Origin: Octopus sinensis
Lineage: Eukaryota
DNA length: 6,887 nt
NCBI RefSeq assembly: GCF_006345805.1
Contig: NW_021829122.1
Coordinates: forward strand, 1 to 6,887
Reading direction: 5' to 3'
The notes under the pieces were generated by a model. That model was not told the origin of the DNA and did not search any database. It worked only from the letters and a program-made list of their open reading frames with translations. This document shows positions 1-6,887 of the stretch, one piece after another. The translations under genes were made by a program, and so were the position numbers. Every line of letters begins with the position of its first letter. Position 1 is the stretch's first letter.

Positions 1-18
1 ATAATAATAATGATAATA

Positions 19-67
<49 letters not shown>
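1..67. repeat. (AAT)n microsatellite, running off the left edge
   Basis: Near-perfect ATA/AAT trinucleotide array with one ATG interruption. Confidence 0.97.
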
Positions 68-68
<1 letters not shown>

Positions 69-650
69 CCCTAATGCAGTACCAGGCAGTGGCTCTCATG
101 GCGTCTGATGTGAACTGATTGAAAGTGCTATGTATGTTTTGTCTTGGTGTAAAAGATGGGCTACAACAAAAATTCTGCTCAATATCACAGATTTGCTTGT
201 CAGTTTTTTTTTACCTGAATCTGTTGAGCAAGTCCTTGGTAGCTGACAATATGTGAATCTCTGACCACGAGCAGAAGTAGTAGGAGAGCATCATACCCAT
301 GTGGTGAGAGGAATTATTTGTGGCTTGAATAATTAACCTCTGGAAACAGGGATGTTTCGTTCAACATCCTTAAACAACCCTTAATCAGGGACCTTTTGAG
401 CAGGATGGGCTACTCGATCTGAAAAATAATTCTAAGTGGGCCCCACCTGCAAGGTCATGCGCTGTTAACCTTGATATGAAATCACCATTTCGCGCACATA
501 TGGTTGTGATGCATGTGTCTGGTGTACCCTTATCAGACGTGTAGTCATGCTGGGTATATTAGGCTTCGTATATTTGTACCCCAGTGTCACTTTGATGGCA
601 TGCGCTGCTCTCTCATTCACTAACAATAATAATAACAAATAAAAATAATA
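68..650 (+). mobile_element. Probable interspersed repeat (non-autonomous or LINE-derived fragment) with AAT-rich tail
   Basis: A complex-sequence block sits between two AAT-rich tracts and ends in CACTAACAATAATAATAAC. It has no coherent long ORF. The sequence (GCCCTAATGCAGTACCAGGCAGTGGCTCTCATGG...GTCACTTTGATGGCATGC) resembles an abundant octopus repeat as I recall it. Family and strand are not verified. Confidence 0.5.
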
Positions 651-1095
651 CAGAATCGCGAGCCAGTAAAATGATATAACCAACGTAACACGTTATATTC
701 ACTGTGAACCCATCCACCTGAAACCAACAAAAGAAAACCCACCCCTGAACGGATAATCTTACACAATCCACACTTGATACTATAGCGAAACTCATACACC
801 AGCAATAACTATTATAATTCATACTCTACAAAACCGCCATCCAATAATACAACAACATATACTCCACACATTTGCCACATAACACCATAAACCTAAAGAA
901 CAATTCACACCGTAATTGTGAATCGCAATTATCATGAAATAAAATAACAATTCTCACATAGCGTGTATTCTCCAACCCGCTAAAGGTACAGTGCTGATAC
1001 ATAGATCTCAGGAAAGGGGAGATACATCTAGAGATACAGAAGACGGTTGTCTGAAGATGTGTAGGAAGAAGAAAACGTTTCGCGTTTCTCTGCAG

Positions 1096-1250
1096 TCCTT
1101 TCTGATTGGTTCACCACACAGCTGCTTATTCTTGAAAGGAAACTGCTTGAACTTCGCAATAAACGGAAGGTGGCGAGCGATCTTCAGGACTTCGACGGGA
1201 GAGGGATACATCTTATTCATCACAACAGCCGTTTCGACGTCATTCAACCT
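1096..1250 (+). CDS. Internal coding exon (155 nt, phase 1 in, phase 0 out) of an unidentified gene; x-LSDWFTTQLLILERKLLELRNKRKVASDLQDFDGRGIHLIHHNSRFDVIQP
   Basis: Acceptor CGTTTCTCTGCAG ends at 1095 and a perfect donor GTAAGT lies at 1251-1256. The frame starting at 1098 is open for 51 codons. The peptide looks natural, with an amphipathic or coiled-coil-like helix (LLILERKLLELRNKRK). The segment is a GC-richer island of unique sequence. The minus ORF 1008-1247 is codon-aligned with this frame, as expected for an antisense shadow. Protein family not recognised. Confidence 0.62.
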
Positions 1251-1360
1251 GTAAGTAATACTGGAACTCTAAAGGAATGTGTCCAGTACGCTTTCGTTGC
1301 TCTATGTTCGGTTAGGCTCGTCTGACGACGTATTTCTATCTAAAAGATTTATCTCGACAG

Positions 1361-1523
<163 letters not shown>

Positions 1524-1795
1524 GAGGTGCAATGGCCCAGTGGTTAGGGCAGCGGACTGGTGGTCGTAGGATCGCGGTTTCGATTCCTAGACCAGGCGTT
1601 GTGAGTGTTTATTGAGCGAAAGCTGTATTCTTTCGCTACAACTTTCTCTCACTCTTTCTTCTGTTGGCCTGCTCGCTTAGCCAGCGGGGTGGCGTCATTC
1701 GAAGGCTAGAACAATGCGAAACGCATTGTGAACAGCGATGTGTAGCAACATCTTAAAGCCTGGTCGGTCATGGTGATCACGGTGATATATATATA
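1524..1795 (+). mobile_element. tRNA-derived SINE with (TA)n tail
   Basis: Pol III A box TGGCCCAGTGG (1533-1543) and B box GGTTTCGATTCC (1576-1587) at tRNA-like spacing. These are followed by a non-tRNA body and a TA tail, with no tRNA 3' acceptor stem. Confidence 0.85.
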
Positions 1796-1798
1796 AAA

Positions 1799-1895
1799 GG
1801 GCTTCTCTCAGTTTCCGTCAACCAAATCCACTCACAAGGGTTTGGAATCATATGGTTGGGAAGCAATCTACTTACAACACAGCCACGCCTACGCC
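1799..1895 (-). mobile_element. Internally deleted copy of the tRNA-derived SINE head also seen at 3403-3545
   Basis: Colinear with 3403-3450 (TCAGTTTCC..CCAAATCCACTCACAAG..TTTGG) and then directly with 3513-3545 (AAYCATRTGG..AAGCAA.CTACTTAC). The minus-strand A box TGGCTGTGTTG is present. Confidence 0.85.
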
Positions 1896-1922
1896 CATGT
1901 ATATATATATATATAATATATA

Positions 1923-2134
1923 TTTCTTTATTGTCCACAAGGGGCTAAACATAGAGGGTACAAACAAGGACAGACAAAGGGATTAGGTCGATTATATGGT
2001 ACTTTATTTATCGACCCCGAAAGGATGAAAGGCAAAGTCGACCTCAACGGAATTTGAACTCAGAACGTAGCGGCAGAAGAAATATCGCTGAGCATTTCGC
2101 CCGGCGCGCTAACGTTTCTGCCAGCTCGCCGCCT
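1923..2134 (-). mobile_element. tRNA-derived SINE (second family)
   Basis: The minus strand begins AGGCGGCGAGCTGGCAGAAACGTTAG (A-box-like, 2123-2113) and has a B box GAGTTCAAATTCC (2061-2049). The body contains CGACCCCGAAAGGATGAAAGGCAAAGTCGACCT (+ reading). The element ends in an A-rich tail followed by (TA)n. Confidence 0.85.
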
Positions 2135-2136
2135 TG

Positions 2137-2178
<42 letters not shown>

Positions 2179-2180
2179 TA
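2137..2180. repeat. Compound (TA)n(CA)n microsatellite
   Basis: Direct reading. Confidence 0.95.
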
Positions 2181-2469
2181 TACTGTATATCGGTCTGTTG
2201 ACCTGTTTGTAAGTATCGCTCTGTATCTCTTTCTCTCCCTTCTCTCTCTGTATAATATGTGTGTGTATGTGTGTGCGTGTGTGTATGTGTTTGTGTATTC
2301 TTATATATAGATATACATCTACCCGTCTGTTTATTTATTTTACTTACTTTCTACAATGTTGACCTGTCCTCCACATTCCTATAAGGTCACTGAAATTTGG
2401 CGGAGGCTCAACACCAGAAGACATTTTGATTTATTTACTTTTATACTTATTTATTTGTGTATTTCCTCA

Positions 2470-2553
<84 letters not shown>

Positions 2554-2559
2554 ATTATT
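2470..2559. repeat. (ATT)n microsatellite
   Basis: Near-perfect ATT array; explains the poly-Ile ORFs 2356-2595 and 2451-2687. Confidence 0.98.
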
Positions 2560-2592
2560 GCTTTTGGGCGTGTAACTGTATCTTTTTCATGG

Positions 2593-2715
2593 TGATGATG
2601 ATAATGAAGATAATGGTGAATCTGCTGCTGATGATTATGATGATGATGATCATCATTATTATTACCTCCTGCATTATCATTCATCACTCATCATTATCGT
2701 CACTCTTTATCATCA
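2593..2715. repeat. Degenerate (ATG)n/(ATC)n trinucleotide tract
   Basis: GATGAT.. switches to CATCAT..; explains ORF 2589-2870. Confidence 0.8.
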
Positions 2716-2849
2716 CGCCACAATCTGCTTCTCCTTTCGTATCCATCCATCTCATTCATCCACCTATCTGTTCATCTGTCCACATCCAACCGTTTGCCCT
2801 TCTGACCAGACTCATTTTAGTACCACACACACACACACACTCACACACT

Positions 2850-2925
2850 GGTGCCACTCATTGGGACTGAATCCAAGATCACATGGTTGGGAAGCAAGTT
2901 TCTGAACCACAGTCCCACACCTGCG
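2850..2925 (-). mobile_element. Diverged tRNA-like head fragment of the same SINE family as 3480-3545
   Basis: GGTGCCACTCATTGGGACTGAATCC..CACATGGTTGGGAAGCAAG aligns with GGTACCACGCAGTGGGACTGAACCC..CCATGTGGATGGAAAGCAAG (3486-3534). Confidence 0.8.
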
Positions 2926-2957
2926 ACTGTTGATAAATATATTTATTTAATTAACTT

Positions 2958-3165
2958 CGCATGGCTTACTGGATCATTGGTTAGAGCGTCGAGCTCGCAG
3001 TCATAACGTAGTGAGTTCGAATCCCGAACCGAGTTGTGTGTTGTGTTCTTGTCAAAGACACTTTATTCCACGTTGCTCCAGTTCACTCACCTGTAGAAAT
3101 GCGTTTTCGGTTTTTGCTTTTCTCTTGGACAATATCAGTGGCATGAAGAGCGGAGGGTAGTATGC
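2958..3165 (+). mobile_element. tRNA-derived SINE, 5' part (interrupted at 3165/3166)
   Basis: A-box-like ATGGCT..CATTGGTTAGAGC and B box GAGTTCGAATCCC (3013-3025), then TGTGTTGTGTTCTTG..AAGACACTTTATT..CTCCAGTTCACTCA body. Breaks abruptly at GTATGC. Confidence 0.8.
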
Positions 3166-3545
3166 TCTCTCTCTTAGTCTTTACTCTTTACTCTTTTATT
3201 TGTTTCAGTCATTTGACTGTGGCCATGCTAGAGCACCACCTTTAGTCGAGCAAATCGACCCCAGGACGTATTCTTTGTAAGCCTAGTACTTGACACCAGC
3301 ATCGGTTGCCAAGCGATGTTGGGGAGACAAACACAGACACACAAACATACACGGACACACAGACACACACACACACACACACACATGTATACATATATAC
3401 GATGGGCTTTTTTCAGTTTCCACCTACCAAATCCACTCACAAGACTTTGGTCGGTCCGAGGCTATAGTAGAAGACACTTGCCCAAGGTACCACGCAGTGG
3501 GACTGAACCCGGAACCATGTGGATGGAAAGCAAGCTACTTACCAC
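3166..3545 (-). mobile_element. tRNA-derived SINE inserted in reverse orientation, with internal (CA)n and short-repeat tail
   Basis: Minus-strand B box GGTTCAGTCCC (3509-3499). The head is truncated inside the A box at 3545; the copy at 1799-1895 retains the missing bases. There is an internal CA tract (~3330-3400) and a (CTCTTTA)n-like tail at 3166-3200. Confidence 0.82.
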
Positions 3546-3655
3546 ATGGACGACTGCTCGTCTTCCATACACAACCTTACCCGGACTTTTGCTTCGAGGA
3601 GGAACTTTCTTGGTGTAATTCCATGGTTGTTCATGGCATAAGGGGTTCTTTACCC
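3546..3655 (+). mobile_element. Probable 3' part of the SINE that starts at 2958
   Basis: As I recall the octopus consensus, it reads ...GGTATGCATGGGCGACTGCTGGTCTTCCATAAACAACCTTGCCCGGACTT..., which is GTATGC (ends 3165) joined to ATGGACGACTGC (starts 3546). This is memory-based and needs a consensus alignment. Confidence 0.6.
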
Positions 3656-3779
3656 TAATGTACTTCGCTGTTATTTTTTGCACCGTTACTCGGAGTTTCT
3701 GCCGTATACTAGTCTCATTAGGAAAACCTTTTTTTTCTTCTCTATTACATATTTTCTGCTGAAAATTTGTTCGAATAAA

Positions 3780-4195
3780 CGTGCGTATACATTGAAAACA
3801 TCGGATACAAGTATACGTATGATACGTATGCGCAGTATGTACATACACACACATACACATACAAAGATGCGCATGCGCATACATGATTACATACAATCAA
3901 ATACATTTATTCACATATACACACACGTATACGTATATGTGCATGTGCACAAATGCTGGCATGCACACATACACCCGCATACAGACACCTGCTGACATGA
4001 TCACACACACACACACACACACGTTGATGTGCATATACACACAGACACACATGCTAACATGCAAACACACACATACACGCATAAAGACATATGTTAACAT
4101 GCAGATACACGCACATACACAATCACATTCTGACAAGCAAACACACATACACACACACACACATACACATGTCTACACATAAACACATACATATA
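3780..4195. repeat. Degenerate alternating purine-pyrimidine (CA/TA/CG) low-complexity tract
   Basis: Direct reading; source of the HT/CV/MY-rich ORFs. Confidence 0.9.
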
Positions 4196-4299
4196 TGAAA
4201 GGGATCTATATACGTCTTTTCCTCCCCCCCCGACATTGCCGTCTATTTCATTCAACATTTCATTCAGTATTTCATTCCATTTCATTCATTCTCACTCTC

Positions 4300-4790
4300 A
4301 TTCTCTCGCATCTTATTACTCCTAACCTTCTTTCTCTCTCCCCTTCTCTCTTTCCCCCTCTCAGCCCCTCTTTTCCCCCCTCTCCCACCTATCTTTTTTT
4401 CCCTCTCTCCCCCCTCTTTTCCCCTCTCCCCCTCTTCCCCACCCCCTCTCTCCCTCCCTCTATTTTCCCATCCCTCTATCTTCCCATGCCTCTCTCTTCC
4501 ACCCTCTCTCTTTCCTCCTCCCTTCTTCCCCTCTCTTTCTTTCCACTCCCTTCCCCCTCGCTGTGTATCAATCCATCTCCCCCGCGCTCTCACTCGATGT
4601 ATACCTTTTCTTCAACCGATTCCTTCTTGTTTCCTCTTCCTACCACTCTTACCCTTTCGCCCTTTTCTCTATATTTCTCTCTCCCTATCATTTAATCTTC
4701 ACCTCCACCTCCACCTCTATTTCTGACTCTTTCCCCCCACCTCTTCCGTTTCTCACATTCACTCCTTACATGTCCAGACGTTCCATCCAA
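4300..4790. repeat. Long C/T-rich polypyrimidine low-complexity tract
   Basis: Almost G-free + strand with many C3-C6 runs; explains the SLPF-rich and GERK-rich ORFs. Confidence 0.92.
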
Positions 4791-4814
4791 ACCCAAACAA
4801 TTCCAGCCTCTCTT

Positions 4815-5265
4815 GAACACCACACCAACAACTCCTAATACTACCACCAACACCACTACCATCACACCATCACCACGACCACCGCCAACACCACCGCCAA
4901 CAACACGACTACTGTCAGCATCACCACCGCTAGCACATCACCACCACCACCACCACCACCACCACTACCACCACCACCATCACCACCACCATCATCATCA
5001 CCGCCAACACCACGACTACCACCAACACCATGAACACCGCTAACACCACGACCACCGCTAACACCACGACCACCACCAACACCACGACCACTGTCAGCAT
5101 CACCGCCGCTAGCACCACCACCACCACCACCACCACCACCATATCCACCATCGTCATCGCCACCCTCCTAAATCATTCCAAACTCCGTTTAAGCCCCTGC
5201 ATCACCTCCATTAAGCTCCCGTCTACCACCACATTATCCCTCATTAACACCTCCCCACCCCCATG
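4815..5265. repeat. Degenerate (CAC/ACC)n array with internal higher-order repeats
   Basis: Poly-CAC runs, five 18-bp units at 5006-5095, and a duplicated 26-bp marker at 4911 and 5090. Confidence 0.9.
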
Positions 5266-5383
5266 ACCACTGTCACCTGACCAGAAGTGTAAACATTAGC
5301 ACCGGGCGATGTCACGCCTGTAGCCTATAAACATAGACATGTCACTCACAGCTATCCAATGGAGCTTCTAAAGTCAACAATAG

Positions 5384-5668
5384 ACACACACACACACACA
5401 CACTCACACACACACACACTCACACACACACACATGCTCACACACACAGAGGCACGCACTACCGTGTCTGTCTAAATGGACGAATGTATATACGTTGCCG
5501 TTTCTCAGTATACGTGTGGCTTTTATACACTCGTTCATACACATGCATACATGTATACATCTACATGCGTATACTCCAATACATGTACTCATACGTGTAT
5601 GTGAGTGTATATGTGTGCGAGTGTGTTTGCGCGCGAATGTATGTGTAGGCACACACACACACACACAC

Positions 5669-5713
<45 letters not shown>

Positions 5714-5740
5714 ACATGTATGTGTGTTGAATATGCATAG
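5384..5740. repeat. (CA)n, degenerate (TG/TA)n and (TA)n microsatellite cluster
   Basis: Direct reading. Confidence 0.9.
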
Positions 5741-6001
5741 AATGGAGCTGGGAAGATCATAGTTCAAACATGGACTTAACATTGCAGCAGTTATGTGCAT
5801 GTAAGTAGTTATTTAAAACGCACGCACCCACCCACATATACACATCCTTTCCCGCTCACTTTGTATATATATATATATATCCCAGTTTGTATGATTGTGT
5901 ATAGAAGGATATAGTAATCAATGAAATTCCAATTTAGTCTAATTTTCACGTTTTACTACTTGCAAGTTTTACAATATATATTACAATTCTACAATATTAA
6001 A

Positions 6002-6043
6002 ATACACTAGTACTTTCAAACATTACGCAATCATCAGGTCTAT
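6002..6043 (-). ncRNA. Minimal type I hammerhead ribozyme motif, degenerate (HHR-B)
   Basis: The minus strand reads AUAGAC-CUGAUGA-UUGCG-UAA-UGUUU-GAAA-G-UA-C-UA^GUGUAU. Both core boxes are intact. Stem I pairs at 5 of 6 positions. Stem III contains the palindrome AGUACU. Stem II is eroded to G-U/C-G/G-U. Confidence 0.65.
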
Positions 6044-6082
6044 GTAGTGACAGTCGTGTTCCTGGAACACGACTGTCACTAG

Positions 6083-6122
6083 ATAAACCTGATGATTGCG
6101 TAACGCATGGAAGTCCTTGTTT
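6083..6122 (+). ncRNA. Minimal type I hammerhead ribozyme motif, degenerate (HHR-A)
   Basis: AUAAAC-CUGAUGA-U-UGCG-UAA-CGCA-U-GGAA-G-UC-C-UU^GUUU. Stem I is AAAC/GUUU and stem II is UGCG/CGCA. The GAAA box is changed to GGAA (A13G), which is probably inactivating. Confidence 0.6.
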
Positions 6123-6449
6123 CTTTCAATATTGTAAAATTGTAAAATTGCAAAATAGTAAGAATTGCAATTGAGAAAACGTAAAAATCATACTTGATTG
6201 GAATTTCTTGATTTATGTAAGTATGTATGTATGTATAATAATAGAAATAAACAAAAACAAAAACAAATTACACGAACGTATATATACAGGAGATACAAAT
6301 ATTACAGGCACTCCCCCCCACACACACTAACTAAACATAGACACACATAGAGATATACGCATGCGCAAATGAAGACACATACAATAGGAATACAAAATGG
6401 CTGACCGTTAGTAAAGAGAGACACACAAATAAGAAAGAAGAAAGCAAAA

Positions 6450-6493
6450 GACCACTGATGAGGTCACAGAAGTGTGACGAAAGAACTCTGGCC
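6450..6493 (+). ncRNA. Minimal type I hammerhead ribozyme motif (HHR-C), unrelated in sequence to A and B
   Basis: GACCA-CUGAUGA-G-GUCACA-GAAG-UGUGAC-GAAA-G-AA-C-UC^UGGCC. It has a perfect 6-bp stem II, stem I GACCA/UGGCC (4 of 5 paired), a 2-bp stem III and a CUC cleavage triplet (after 6488). One unpaired G lies between the core and stem II. Confidence 0.75.
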
Positions 6494-6555
6494 GAAATAA
6501 GATTAAGATTAATGTAAAAAATAAATAACGCTGAAGCAAAGTAACACCAAATATA

Positions 6556-6887
6556 TAGTGCGTGTGTTTTTATTGGCTAAATTGGCAAAATGACCATTCC
6601 TTTGACGACAGATTTATGATTATAAAAAGAAAACAGATATATAATAACAGATAATATTCTTATTTCACAAAAAATGTTTTGAGGGAAAAAATGAAACCTT
6701 CTTTTCAATAAACCCTTTCAATATAGCCACCTTCAGCTTCAACAACTGCTCCTATACGAGATCTAAATCATCTACATGCTCGAATCAAGTGGTCCTTGTT
6801 CATTTTGGACATTAGTCTGACTATGGCAGCTTTCAAAGAATCTTTAGTTTTATGGGCGTGTTAATTGACCTCTCTTTCAACAACGCC
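6556..6887 (-). mobile_element. 3' end of a decayed Tc1/mariner (IS630-Tc1-mariner) DNA transposon, running off the right edge
   Basis: Transposase C-terminal remnant at 6705-6887, then an AT-rich 3' region. The likely terminus is TA|TAGTGCGTG at 6554-6564 (TA target followed by a CAG-like start); this boundary is inferred. Confidence 0.78.
6705..6887 (-). pseudogene. Transposase C-terminus with two in-frame stops: GVVEREVN*HAHKTKDSLKAAIVRLMSKMNKDHLIRACR*FRSRIGAVVEAEGGYIERVY*
   Basis: Hand translation from 6887. The L...I......I..AC..F..RI.AVVEA.GGYIE ending is characteristic of Tc1/mariner transposases and most like the DD37D (maT) group. Stops are at 6863-6861 (TAA) and 6770-6768 (TGA). 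Confidence 0.85.

Larger units (their letters stand above)
5916..6213. repeat. ~300 bp imperfect inverted repeat centred on T6063 (two head-to-head copies of a ~150 bp unit)
   Basis: 6023-6062 pairs with 6064-6103 at 38 of 40 positions. The next 42 positions (5981-6022 vs 6104-6145) match at 32 of 42 without gaps. Homology continues to AATCAATGAAATTCCAAT (5916) versus ATTGGAATTTCTTGATT (to 6213). Confidence 0.93.

Noticed and set aside
104-135. CTGATGTG...GAAAGTGCTA hammerhead-like string
   Set aside because: A9 is missing and there is no stem II or stem I complementarity.
903-923. 7-bp hairpin ATTCACA/TGTGAAT; similar TACTGGA/TCCAGTA at 1259-1288
   Set aside because: Too short to exceed chance in AT-rich sequence.
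1322-1345. CTGACGA core-like motif; similar CTGAAGA (1051) and CTGATGA (2628)
   Set aside because: None has a correctly placed GAAA with supporting stems.
1524-1600. tRNA gene (also considered for 2958-3030, 2049-2134 and 3490-3545)
   Set aside because: A and B boxes are present, but there is no complete cloverleaf or acceptor stem and each continues into a SINE body.
2386-2595. + strand phase 0 exon candidate VTEIWRRLNTRRHF after CCTATAAG
   Set aside because: AAG acceptor, no credible donor, and the frame runs into the (ATT)n array.
5006-5095. CRISPR-like array
   Set aside because: Contiguous tandem units with no unique spacers, in a eukaryotic context.
6023-6103. Canonical pre-miRNA or MITE
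   Set aside because: There is essentially no loop, the arms continue as a longer inverted duplication of a hammerhead-bearing unit, and no TSD is seen.

Overview
Repeat-dense eukaryotic, non-coding-type DNA. The (TA)n/(CA)n/(AAT)n load and the tRNA-derived SINE families match what I recall from octopus genomes; this is an inference from memory, not a database result. Nearly all ORFs in the track are translations of microsatellites or repeats. The window contains: (1) one well-bounded, probably real + strand internal coding exon (1096-1250) of an unidentified gene, in a frame the ORF track misses; (2) a cluster of tRNA-derived SINEs and fragments, one apparently nested inside another; (3) long simple-repeat and polypyrimidine tracts; (4) the decayed 3' end of a Tc1/mariner transposase at the right edge; and (5), most interesting, three minimal type I hammerhead-ribozyme motifs within about 500 bp (6002-6493). 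Two of these are homologous and sit head-to-head in a ~300 bp palindrome whose inner 81 bp are nearly perfect. The third has an unrelated sequence. The architecture resembles the minimal hammerheads of Penelope-like retroelement or retrozyme terminal repeats. Each copy has some defect, so activity is unproven.
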